From a virus (Duplodnaviria; Caudoviricetes), in IMG/VR virus record IMGVR_UViG_3300032225_001595, positions 7,935-71,934 of that record: a stretch of DNA of 64,000 nt, one strand, 5' to 3'. The notes beneath the pieces were generated by a model. It was given only the letters and a program-made list of their open reading frames with translations. It had not been told where the DNA came from and searched no databases. Position numbers and translations under genes: made by a program. Of this stretch, positions 54,223 through 63,479 are shown piece after piece. Numbering within the stretch: the stretch's first letter is position 1; the number at the start of each line of letters is the position of its first letter.

Positions 54223-54875
54223 CTTTTGTTATTTCGGAAGACACCGCCTTAAAAACGTACCTTGCTGGTATGACTGTTTCGGATGAAAAAAACCCCACAA
54301 GACCAGTAAAGGTTTGGTTTGGGTACCCGGACATTGAACTTCGTACGCAAGAGTTCCCTTTTGTTGTTATTGAACTCATCGGTGTTCGCCCAGCGTATGA
54401 CCGCATGCACTCGGGCGTGTTTACAGACGTGGATATGCAGGGCACTGTTGCCCCATCAATTTTTGCCACTGCGGGAACTACTACGGTGTACAATACATAC
54501 ACGTATGAGGTTCCGGTTCCTTATGATTTGTTGTATCAGTTAACTACTTATTCGCGTCACCCGTTACATGATCGTGCTCTTATTTTGCAGATGCATCAGA
54601 AGTTTCCTTCTCGCCGTGGGTTTCTTAAAGTACCTAACCAGTTGGGCACGCAAAATGCTTACCGGCACATGTTTTTAGAAGGGTTTAATAGACGAGAAAT
54701 AGCAGATGTAGAAACTTCTGGCTCAAGAAGACTGCTTACTAACGTGTATACTATTAGAGTAATGAGCGAAATGACCCCAAGTGTTGTTGCAAGCGCAACT
54801 GGGGCAGTTTTGAACGCCGCTGTTAATAAAACTCCGTTGCAATATTCGGTCCCCCAAGGCAAACAATCTATTTAA
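54219..54875 (+). CDS. Tail terminator/completion-like protein
   Basis: VWFGYPD, FPFVVIEL, YDLLYQLTTYSRHP; directly before the sheath gene. Confidence 0.6.
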   Translation: MTFVISEDTALKTYLAGMTVSDEKNPTRPVKVWFGYPDIELRTQEFPFVVIELIGVRPAYDRMHSGVFTDVDMQGTVAPSIFATAGTTTVYNTYTYEVPVPYDLLYQLTTYSRHPLHDRALILQMHQKFPSRRGFLKVPNQLGTQNAYRHMFLEGFNRREIADVETSGSRRLLTNVYTIRVMSEMTPSVVASATGAVLNAAVNKTPLQYSVPQGKQSI

Positions 54876-54896
54876 TGACCTTAGGAGAGAACAAGA

Positions 54897-56819
54897 ATGC
54901 CAGCATATAACAAGCCCGGGGTGTATGTTCAAGAAAACCTTACGCCTAACATCCCTGTGTACACCGATTCGGCTATTAGCACGGCGGTGTTTATTGGTGA
55001 AGCGGAACGTGGACCGACATCCAGCACTTCGGCGACACTTCTCGGTGTTCCTACACTTGTTACAAGCTGGGCGGATTTTTGTACAAAGTTTAACTTTGGG
55101 TCTGGGGACACGGTGTTCTCTGACACTTACTCTCCCACAGCAAATGCACGCGATCTTAGCTACGCGTTGTACACATTCTTTAACAACAACGGTAGTCAAG
55201 CGTATGTTTTGCGCACACCGTTGAAAGATTCAACAACCGCATCGTCGGTGTTTTACACGTTGTCAACAACATCTGCTAGCGTTAGTGGTAGTGCAACGGC
55301 GACTGTGACATCAACTTCTATTACAATGAAGCTGGTTAACGGTATATCTGGAATTACATCAACATCTAAAGGTTTGGTTACTTTAGGCGGAATTAATGCT
55401 ACGCTTAATAAATCGTGGCCTATATTTTCTGTAACAGATTCTACTAGTTTTGTGTTATCTGGGACGAGCTTGACGGCAACTACTATAACAACTGCTACGG
55501 GAGTTGTTGCAACAGCCTCCGTTGTATCCACTAGTTCCGGTGCTTCGTACACTGTTTCCGCTAAAAATGCGGGCGCATGGGGTTCCAAAATGTGGGTCAA
55601 AACATCTGTTGGAAATGGTGGCACAGGTTATTTTGACTTGGCGGTTTACTACAACGCTGCCGGTGCCACTGGGGATAACTTAAATGCCGCTAATGATTAC
55701 CGTGTTGATTTTTGGCCAAATGTGAGCCTGAACCCTTCTGACCGTAACTATGGCCCAACATATGTTGTTTCAGACTGGGTTAACTTTGCTACAACAGTGA
55801 CTTCATCAGGTGTCACCCCATGGTACACATACTTCCTTAACACTGATGGTTCAGTTACTGCTGGTCCGGTGGCTTTGGGAACAACAACAAACCAAATTAA
55901 CTCTAACTGGAGTACCGGTGTTGATGGAACGAACTCCGGATCAGTGGCAGTTATTGCAACAACTGCTTCCCAATTGGATACTCTTACCGGCCCGTTGACC
56001 ATCAACTACGCAGGTAAAACAGATACCACAAGCATTGACGGATTAACATTATATTCCGCTACTCGTGGTGATTCGTTTGTTGTGATTGATTGCACAACCC
56101 CTACACCAACTGTGGCTATTGGTACAGCGGGTAGTTATAGCAGCACTAACGGGTCTTATGGTGCAATGTACTACCCGCAGATTAAAATCAACGACCCAGC
56201 CACTAAGGGCACATCGTTGAAGTCGGTTTATCCGGGCGGGGCTGTGACAGCCGTGTATTTAACAACAGACACATCTAGAGGTGTTTACAAGGCGCCTGCG
56301 GGAACAGGTGCAGGGTTAAAGTCTAGCCTTGTTGTTGATGTTGCAACTGTCCTCAGTAGTGCTGATTTTGATGCGGTAAGTAACGCATCTTCGGCACTTA
56401 ATATCATTAGATTAATCCCGGGTGCAGGGTTCTGTGTTATGGGTGCAAGAACACTCAAGCAAGGTACTACGGATGACCGGTACGTCCCTGTTCGTAGAAC
56501 GTTGAACTACCTTCGTCGTAGCCTCACTAATATCACACAATTTTCGGTATTTGAACCTAACGGACCGTTGTTGTGGTCGCAAGTGGATTCAGTTGTTGAA
56601 AACTTCCTGTATAACTTCTGGAAGCAAGGCGGTCTTGCAGGAAACACTGCCTCCCAAGCCTACTACGTCAAGTGTGACGCAACCACTAACACTTCTGCGG
56701 CACAGGCTGCGGGAGAACTTCGTATCGAAGTAGGCGTTGCTTTGCAGAAACCGGCTGAGTTTGTGGTCATCAAGCTCAGTCAAATTCAAGGTGGCACTAC
56801 CGTAACTACGTCAGTCTGA
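54897..56819 (+). CDS. Tail sheath protein
   Basis: KPGVYVQE, FFNNNGSQAYVLR, GVYKAPAG, MGARTL, RYVPVRR, FEPNG..LW, PAEFVVI. Confidence 0.95.
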   Translation: MPAYNKPGVYVQENLTPNIPVYTDSAISTAVFIGEAERGPTSSTSATLLGVPTLVTSWADFCTKFNFGSGDTVFSDTYSPTANARDLSYALYTFFNNNGSQAYVLRTPLKDSTTASSVFYTLSTTSASVSGSATATVTSTSITMKLVNGISGITSTSKGLVTLGGINATLNKSWPIFSVTDSTSFVLSGTSLTATTITTATGVVATASVVSTSSGASYTVSAKNAGAWGSKMWVKTSVGNGGTGYFDLAVYYNAAGATGDNLNAANDYRVDFWPNVSLNPSDRNYGPTYVVSDWVNFATTVTSSGVTPWYTYFLNTDGSVTAGPVALGTTTNQINSNWSTGVDGTNSGSVAVIATTASQLDTLTGPLTINYAGKTDTTSIDGLTLYSATRGDSFVVIDCTTPTPTVAIGTAGSYSSTNGSYGAMYYPQIKINDPATKGTSLKSVYPGGAVTAVYLTTDTSRGVYKAPAGTGAGLKSSLVVDVATVLSSADFDAVSNASSALNIIRLIPGAGFCVMGARTLKQGTTDDRYVPVRRTLNYLRRSLTNITQFSVFEPNGPLLWSQVDSVVENFLYNFWKQGGLAGNTASQAYYVKCDATTNTSAAQAAGELRIEVGVALQKPAEFVVIKLSQIQGGTTVTTSV

Positions 56820-56833
56820 GGAGATAAATAACC

Positions 56834-57457
56834 ATGGTAGCTGAAAATCCAACAACAGCGATTAGTCGGTTTTCGACTATTCAGACTGATCCGTTACGTA
56901 ATTTTCGTTTCCGCGCTGACTTTTCTGTGGCGGGAGGTGCAGCGTTTGATAACCGTATCACTAAGTTCAGTGGTGGTTTTCAAAGTGTGTCTGGGTTAAA
57001 CCTGACGGTGACACCAATTCCTTATCGTGAAGGTGGGTTTAACACTACTGCTCATCAAATTCCGGGAATGACTAACCTGCAACCTGTCACGATGAGTCGT
57101 GGTGCGCTGTTTGGTAATGATCAAGCAATTACATGGATGCGCGGATTATTTGCCGTCACTTCAGGTGAAGGTTTAGACCTTGGTGTTACGCAATCTCCTT
57201 CGGCTAAAAATTTCCGTTGCAACATCAAAATCTATGTCATGGATCACCCAAACTCTGATGTGGAAGTTAACACCCCACGTATGGGCTTTATTGTTCGTAA
57301 CGCTTGGCCAACATCGTTGAACTTCAGTGATTTGAACGCCCAAGAGAACGGTCTCATGTTTGAAACTATTACCTTCATCCATGAAGGTCTTAGCGTCTTC
57401 TACACCAACACTGACGGTAGTCCAGCCGATTCAACGTACAGTTTGAACGGCGTCTAA
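56834..57457 (+). CDS. Tail tube protein (T4 gp19-like)
   Basis: DPLRNFRFR, GGFQSVSGL, YREGG, IPGMT, NAWPTS, ETITFIHEG. Confidence 0.92.
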   Translation: MVAENPTTAISRFSTIQTDPLRNFRFRADFSVAGGAAFDNRITKFSGGFQSVSGLNLTVTPIPYREGGFNTTAHQIPGMTNLQPVTMSRGALFGNDQAITWMRGLFAVTSGEGLDLGVTQSPSAKNFRCNIKIYVMDHPNSDVEVNTPRMGFIVRNAWPTSLNFSDLNAQENGLMFETITFIHEGLSVFYTNTDGSPADSTYSLNGV

Positions 57458-57471
57458 TCTAAGGAACACTT

Positions 57472-58260
57472 ATGGAAACTATTTCGAATAATGTTAAAGA
57501 TGTGCAAGATTTGGCGGCACAATTTGAGACCCAAGGAAAAATAACAACGCGATTTCCTGACTCATTAGACGTTGAACTGCCCGGTGGTTTTATTGCAAAA
57601 GATGGTTCTGTTGTAAAGTTTGCTACAGTACGAGAACTGACGGGTGCTGATGAGGAAGCAATCGCAAGATCCTCTGTTAAGGGATTAACGCTTAACGCTA
57701 TTCTTGTTCGTGGTTTAGATAAATTGGGTTATAACACCCCCACGTTGGAAGACATTGATAACCTTTTGGCAGGTGACCGGGACGCAATTCTGCTTGCTAT
57801 TAGACGAACCACGTTTGGTAAAAATGTTGATGCAAAAGCAACATGCACTAGTTGTGCTGCAGCGCAGGATATTACGCTTGATCTTGAAACAGATATCCCT
57901 AACCGTGAGTTGTCTGACCCTGTACAGGATCGTATTTTTGAAGTTGAATTAAGGGCGGGTAAAGCGGTTGTTGGGTTACCTAACGGTCTAACCCAGAAAA
58001 AAATGATGGAAAACTTTGAAAAAACAACAGCAGAGTTAACTACTTTATTTTTGAGCAGTTGCATTATTTCAATCAATGATGAACCGTCTATAGGTTTATC
58101 TAGTGCTTTAAATCTTGGTATCCTAGATAGAGAACTTATTATTTCCGAGATTGTTGACCGCAATCCCGGCCCACGCCTTGAGGCGGTGGTTAAGGCTTGT
58201 AAGGCATGCGGGAATGATATTGAGTTCTCGCTCAGCCTAGCCGATTTGTTTCGTTTATGA
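57472..58260 (+). CDS. Tail assembly chaperone / T4 gp26-like hub assembly protein
   Basis: VRELTGADEE, LLAGDRDAILLAIR..TFG, CTSC and CKAC. Confidence 0.8.
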   Translation: METISNNVKDVQDLAAQFETQGKITTRFPDSLDVELPGGFIAKDGSVVKFATVRELTGADEEAIARSSVKGLTLNAILVRGLDKLGYNTPTLEDIDNLLAGDRDAILLAIRRTTFGKNVDAKATCTSCAAAQDITLDLETDIPNRELSDPVQDRIFEVELRAGKAVVGLPNGLTQKKMMENFEKTTAELTTLFLSSCIISINDEPSIGLSSALNLGILDRELIISEIVDRNPGPRLEAVVKACKACGNDIEFSLSLADLFRL

Positions 58261-58282
58261 CGAAACTTTTTACGAATCACTA

Positions 58283-58411
58283 ATGGACCAATACGAAGTA
58301 CTACTCCGAGCAAAATTTGGTTTAACACTTTTTGATGTTAAAACAATGTCTATGCGCGAAAGAATTAATTGGGTAGAAAGGTCCATGAGGCAGGTGAATA
58401 ATGGCTACTGA
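58283..58411 (+). CDS. Small chaperone-associated ORF (possible frameshift extension of the upstream gene)
   Basis: MDQYEVLLRAKFGLTLFDVKTMSMRERINWVER; the +1 frame is open from just after the TAG at 58238-58240; no SD. Confidence 0.6.
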   Translation: MDQYEVLLRAKFGLTLFDVKTMSMRERINWVERSMRQVNNGY

Positions 58412-59978
58412 TGATGCCGCGTCTAGGCGAGCTACAATCTCAAACCTTAAAGATGTTGTCACTTCGGTTGATCAAAAGTTTGACAGCATTACTGCTAAAG
58501 CTGCTAAGTTTTATACTTCTATTCAACAAGCGGCGGATAAATTAAAGTCTATTTCCGGTAGTAGTGGCGGTGGTGGGTCTGCTAATACTGGCGGTGGATT
58601 TTTTGGCGGTGGCATGGGTGCAGGTACCTTTGGGTACAACGCTGCTGGTCGTGCAGCAATTGGTAGTCAAGATTCTGCGGGAACCCTGTTGGAAGGCACT
58701 AAAGATTATAAATACACAGGTTTTCAAACTGCTATTACACAGTTTGCTCCTGATGTACTAAAAGGTGGAGCATCAGCTTTAGCGGCTGCGGGAATGATGG
58801 CTATGCCGTCTGTTCCTGATGCGCTGCAACTTAACCTTCTTGCTAACCGTCAACGGTTTTACGGCGGTGCCGGTGGAATTACGGGAGGGTTTTTTACTAG
58901 CGCAAAACTTGCGCAAATGGGTACAGCTACCAACTCAATGGACGCTGCCTATGCTGCCAATAATGCTATGGCTTACGGGTTTATGCCAGCCAATGCGGGA
59001 GCATACGGTAATGCTTTGGGTGGCGCAGCATTGTTTTCTAACTTAAGGCCGGGGAGCGGTCTGCAAGGCGGTATGCAAGCAGTAGGTGCGTTAAACCAAG
59101 CCCGGTCAGTCAACATGCTTCGAATGATTGGTATTAACGTTAGAAATAATGATGGCACTGGGTTGCGCAATGTTGAAGACATTGTTAATCATTTGTGGAA
59201 AATTTTAACAAACGCTAATAATGGTAAACCCCCCACCAGAGCCGATATTTCTATTTCGGCAATGTCAGGTAATGCTTTAGATAGCATTTTAAACCAATAT
59301 TTTAGCGGAGATGAAAATCTTCGACTTTCAGTGTTAACTGCACTTATTCAAAAAGCATCTGGTGGTGGTTTAGACATTGCAAGCCTTGAAAAAACAGGCG
59401 CAACAACACGAGCAATTAGAAGCACAGCAGAGATGAACGCTAATATGCTTGCTTCTAAACAACTTTTGTCTGCACCTATTCTTCAAGGAATGATGGGAGC
59501 TAACAAGTTAGGTTCACAAGTACTTAATCTTGTTGGAAAAGCAGCAACATCAAAAAATGATAAAATATCGGGTGCAGTATCTAAAGGCGTACAGCTAGCT
59601 GGTTTTGCTGATGCATTTGGCGGTTTAGGGGATGGTGCGGGAGGTTTGATGCTAGGAGGTCTTAGTAAAGCAACTGGAAGTATATTGGGTGGGTTTGCTA
59701 GTCTGAACAGTGCTGTTGAGGGCGGTTTAGCCCCAGAATTGTTAAGTAATTTAGGCCCATTTTTAACAACTGGTGGTTTGGCCCTTGAAAGTGGTGGGCT
59801 GTCTAACGTAACCGCTGGAAAAGATGTCAACATGAACCCCAGCAACGCTAGAAGTCTTTTACCTGCAACTGGTGGTCAAGTAGTAATTAATGTGAATATG
59901 AGTGGTGATTACGAAACCGGTATTGATGCAGGTAACGCAATAGCTAAATACTTGCTGCAAGCAGCGAAGGCGAGCTGA
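58401..59978 (+). CDS. Tape measure protein (short, 525 aa)
   Basis: Position after the chaperones; Ala/Gly-rich helical sequence. Confidence 0.75.
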   Translation: MATDDAASRRATISNLKDVVTSVDQKFDSITAKAAKFYTSIQQAADKLKSISGSSGGGGSANTGGGFFGGGMGAGTFGYNAAGRAAIGSQDSAGTLLEGTKDYKYTGFQTAITQFAPDVLKGGASALAAAGMMAMPSVPDALQLNLLANRQRFYGGAGGITGGFFTSAKLAQMGTATNSMDAAYAANNAMAYGFMPANAGAYGNALGGAALFSNLRPGSGLQGGMQAVGALNQARSVNMLRMIGINVRNNDGTGLRNVEDIVNHLWKILTNANNGKPPTRADISISAMSGNALDSILNQYFSGDENLRLSVLTALIQKASGGGLDIASLEKTGATTRAIRSTAEMNANMLASKQLLSAPILQGMMGANKLGSQVLNLVGKAATSKNDKISGAVSKGVQLAGFADAFGGLGDGAGGLMLGGLSKATGSILGGFASLNSAVEGGLAPELLSNLGPFLTTGGLALESGGLSNVTAGKDVNMNPSNARSLLPATGGQVVINVNMSGDYETGIDAGNAIAKYLLQAAKAS

Positions 59979-59979
59979 C

Positions 59980-61047
59980 ATGACAGGAACATCAGGGAGT
60001 TACACGTCCCGAAACCCAAGCCTTGCGCAACTTTCTGGCAGTTGGAACTCGGCACAAGCATCTGCTGCTACCTATGTTTCTCGCCCAGTATCCCCTGAAG
60101 TTTTACGCCGGGTAATAAATTCAGTATCGGGTGGCACTATTAATGCGCCAAAAATGTCAAAGATACCTGATTTAAAAAACACGTTAGATAGCCGGGTGTT
60201 CAATAAGAACACCATCATGGCAGATAAAACAGATTTGTCTAAGTATTCATGGAACTTGCCGCCGCACCAATGGAGCAGGCCCGTTGACCCCAGTCAGTAT
60301 GACAACATTATTGCTGATGCTCAAGGCTGGGATAAAGCATCTAATCCTGTGAATAGGCGCGGTCGAATTTACTGGTATTCACGGGTTGACACTGCGGTCA
60401 CGGATTCAAAGTCAAAAAATTACGGCACAAGTTCTGATCCACGTTACGGTTTTCAATTTATTTGGAATCCGGAAAGCTTCTCTACTGGTGTGTCTGTAAA
60501 TCTTGATATTACTCCTACGGCTAAAGATAAGTTTACTAAAGTTGTGGGCGCGTTCCCTAGCGGTGAGTCTTTATCAGTTGCTGTTCTACTAGACAGAACA
60601 AACGATATGTATTGTTTGCGATCACATAACAGTAGTACAGCATCGTTTGTCACCAATTATGATTCTTTTTACGAGTTTTATCGCGGGCACTCATTTGAAG
60701 ATTTTACTTCAGGTAAAGCATCTAGGGAGTCGTTTAGTAAAAAGATAAGTGAGCTGCAAACTTTAGGAACAATTGCTGATGTTGAATACTTGTACAAAGC
60801 AATTAACGGCCCGGGGTGGAAAAACCCAGCATCAGGAAGAGAAACATCAGACATTGGCTTTTTGTCGCCCACTTTGTTGAAAGTTGAGATAGGTCCATTA
60901 TCTTATGTTGGGTATATCTCTAGTATCAGCGTTAACCACACGTCGTTCACTAAAGGCATGATTCCAATTCGTTCAGTGGTAAATATTTCGTTCAACTTGA
61001 TGGCAACTGCTGGTATTGCTTCTGGTGGGGAGTTGGTGAGTCAATGA
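59980..61047 (+). CDS. Baseplate/tube-initiator-like protein
   Basis: YGFQFIWNPES, VLLDRTND, VGYISSISVNHTSF...PIRSVV. Confidence 0.65.
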   Translation: MTGTSGSYTSRNPSLAQLSGSWNSAQASAATYVSRPVSPEVLRRVINSVSGGTINAPKMSKIPDLKNTLDSRVFNKNTIMADKTDLSKYSWNLPPHQWSRPVDPSQYDNIIADAQGWDKASNPVNRRGRIYWYSRVDTAVTDSKSKNYGTSSDPRYGFQFIWNPESFSTGVSVNLDITPTAKDKFTKVVGAFPSGESLSVAVLLDRTNDMYCLRSHNSSTASFVTNYDSFYEFYRGHSFEDFTSGKASRESFSKKISELQTLGTIADVEYLYKAINGPGWKNPASGRETSDIGFLSPTLLKVEIGPLSYVGYISSISVNHTSFTKGMIPIRSVVNISFNLMATAGIASGGELVSQ

Positions 61048-61328
61048 GTGACATTTATTCTAGTTCGCGTTACGCATCTGCAACCATGGACTTTATCTCA
61101 GTTAATGACTCTAATACGGTCACTCCAGTTTTATTTTATAACTTTGATGATGTTTATAACACAAAGTACTCTGTTCATTACTATGCAAAAGGTCAACGAC
61201 TAGATCAACTGTCGTTTATGTATTACGACCGCCCTGATTTGTGGTGGGCAATTGTTGAGTACAACCCTGAAGTGAAAGACTTTTTTAATATAACCCCGGG
61301 AACCCCTTTGAGGATTCCGAATGTTTAA
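61044..61328 (+). CDS. LysM/tail-X-like baseplate wedge protein
   Basis: GQRLDQLSFMYYDRPDLWWAIVEYNP...PGTPLRIP. Confidence 0.8.
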   Translation: MSDIYSSSRYASATMDFISVNDSNTVTPVLFYNFDDVYNTKYSVHYYAKGQRLDQLSFMYYDRPDLWWAIVEYNPEVKDFFNITPGTPLRIPNV

Positions 61329-62475
61329 TTATGTGAACATAACTTTTGCTACTAAGGGAGCCGCTGTTCCTCCTGAACGTATCTCAAGTTTTGTTTTGCA
61401 GTCGGATCGTTACGCTCACGAGATTGCCATAGTGAAATTTCGTGATTGGGAAGTTCCCTATGAGGCGATTAAACCCGGTACTCCTGTGTTGTGTGTGTTA
61501 AAAAGCCCTGAGGGTAAAAGAAACTTTTATTCCTACGTTCACCATGTAAACCCTAGTTACACTCCCGGTAAAAGATTTACAACAGTTGTTCTTATTGGTG
61601 CATCGTATGTTATGAAACAAGCTAGGCAAAAAATATTTACAAATGTTACTGCGGATCAGGTTGTTAAAAAGATAGCAGCTTCGCATGGGTTTGCTGCTGA
61701 GGCTGAGCCGCACCCGCGTGTTTATGATCAAATTGCACAGGCTGGGCATACCGATTTAGAGATTATGGTTCGCTTGGCAAAACAATCAGGTTATTCGCTC
61801 AGAATTAAAGATACTACTGTTTATTTTCGCCCTCAAGCGTACGATTATGATGTTTTAAAAACTAAAGCCCCAACATTTGTTATGCGGTCCACCGGTGACC
61901 CTACGGGGTCTACATTGTACGCGTTTAATCTCACTGCCGGTGAGTCTATTTTTTACCGGGATTCCATGAAAGCTGCGGTGGCTGTTTCCGGTGTAGACCC
62001 CTTGACATTAACTGCCCTGTCTTACACGAATCAAAACCGTTCAGCTGCTTTGCGTGAAAATCAAACTTCTGAAGTGTTTGACAGGTTTGCTACAGATATC
62101 ACCGCCCCCGGGTTTGCGCCTGCTTTCTATGAGGCGTTAGCGGCTGATGCTAGGAACAAGTACCCGTATCGGGCAAAAATAGTGGTCACTGGTCACCCAG
62201 AAATTACCCCAGATATGCCTGTTTATTTAGATGGCCTTGGGACTCAATACTCTGGGTATTGGATTGCGTTAAATGTTGAGCATAAAGTGTCAGAGTTTTC
62301 GTTAAACGAATTTAATTTTACTACCACTATTGAGGTTGGTGCTGATTCACTGGGTCAAGCAAAGGTGACACCAGAGGGTAATGCAGCACGAGTTCCTAAT
62401 GTAAACACAAGTATAATGGTTTCACCAACAACTGCTAAAAAAAGGTCTGTTAATAGGACGGTGTTAACATCATGA
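61321..62475 (+). CDS. Baseplate hub (gp27/gpD/VgrG N-terminal-like)
   Basis: TADQVVKKIAASHG, QAGHTDLEIMVRLAKQSG, GHPEITP..PVYLDGLG..YSGYW. Confidence 0.8.
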   Translation: MFNYVNITFATKGAAVPPERISSFVLQSDRYAHEIAIVKFRDWEVPYEAIKPGTPVLCVLKSPEGKRNFYSYVHHVNPSYTPGKRFTTVVLIGASYVMKQARQKIFTNVTADQVVKKIAASHGFAAEAEPHPRVYDQIAQAGHTDLEIMVRLAKQSGYSLRIKDTTVYFRPQAYDYDVLKTKAPTFVMRSTGDPTGSTLYAFNLTAGESIFYRDSMKAAVAVSGVDPLTLTALSYTNQNRSAALRENQTSEVFDRFATDITAPGFAPAFYEALAADARNKYPYRAKIVVTGHPEITPDMPVYLDGLGTQYSGYWIALNVEHKVSEFSLNEFNFTTTIEVGADSLGQAKVTPEGNAARVPNVNTSIMVSPTTAKKRSVNRTVLTS

Positions 62476-62654
62476 GCGCGTATAACACTAAACATTTTTC
62501 TTTCACTAAAAACAGAAAACCTATTGAAACAAGTACTGTTGAGGAAAGTTTTCCAAGGTGGACTCACTATCTTCATGGGTATGAGGTTCCTGCGGAAACC
62601 CGTCGAAGTAAAATCATAGTGGAACGATTGGCGCGTAGCAATGTCCTTCGTTGA
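62472..62654 (+). CDS. Small hypothetical protein
   Basis: 60-aa coupled ORF. Confidence 0.45.
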   Translation: MSAYNTKHFSFTKNRKPIETSTVEESFPRWTHYLHGYEVPAETRRSKIIVERLARSNVLR

Positions 62655-63477
62655 TACTATTAATAGAACTAATCATGATAAAAAGTTTTACGGAATTTAT
62701 CGCGGTGTTGTTGTTGACGCGTCTGATCCGTTAAAGAAAAACCGCCTTAAAATAGTTGTTCCACAGGTAACTGGTAGTGGGGTAACTAATTGGGCGTGGC
62801 CTTGTCTTTCGGTTGCCGGGGTTGCTAACTCTTTTCCTAATGGTGTTTACGGGTCATTTCAAAGTTTTGTTAATCAATCTACATCCGCTGATAACACAGG
62901 CACCGCAATGACGTTAGATGTTGTGGACGCGGCTAATGGCGTAACAATAGTTGACAATTCAAAAATTATGGTTAATCAAACTGGTTTGTATAACATCCAA
63001 TGGTCAGGTCAGTTCCAAAACACAAACAACCAGCTTCATGACGTATCTGTTTGGATACGTAAAGGTAACGACGGCGGTACAGGCGAAGATGTCGTAGGTA
63101 GTACGGGTTTTATTTCCGTGCCAAATACCCACGGTGGTGTAGATGGTCATACTGTTGCTGGGTGGAACTATTTAATTAACCTACAAAAAAACGATTACAT
63201 TCAGCTTTATTGGTTAACTGAGGCGCACACTAATGTGACTTTACAAACTTATGCGGCAGTAACTACCCCGGCTGCAGCAATACGGCCATCTACAGCAAGC
63301 CTTATTGTCACTGTTACCCCTGTTTCTACTCCACTATCTGCTGCGGGTAATGGCGTGTGGGTTATGTACGAAGGCGGGGATCCTAACTTTCCTGTGTGGA
63401 TGGGTGTTTTTGGGTCTGGTGGGGATGTACCAATTTTTGCGCTTTCTGATTTCATCATGGATGGGGGAAGTGTTTAA
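62641..63477 (+). CDS. gp5/VgrG OB-fold spike protein with an inserted C1q/TNF-like domain
   Basis: [13 protein letters not shown]...[14 protein letters not shown], then about 185 aa, then [20 protein letters not shown]. Confidence 0.75.
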   Translation: MSFVDTINRTNHDKKFYGIYRGVVVDASDPLKKNRLKIVVPQVTGSGVTNWAWPCLSVAGVANSFPNGVYGSFQSFVNQSTSADNTGTAMTLDVVDAANGVTIVDNSKIMVNQTGLYNIQWSGQFQNTNNQLHDVSVWIRKGNDGGTGEDVVGSTGFISVPNTHGGVDGHTVAGWNYLINLQKNDYIQLYWLTEAHTNVTLQTYAAVTTPAAAIRPSTASLIVTVTPVSTPLSAAGNGVWVMYEGGDPNFPVWMGVFGSGGDVPIFALSDFIMDGGSV

Positions 63478-63479
63478 CT

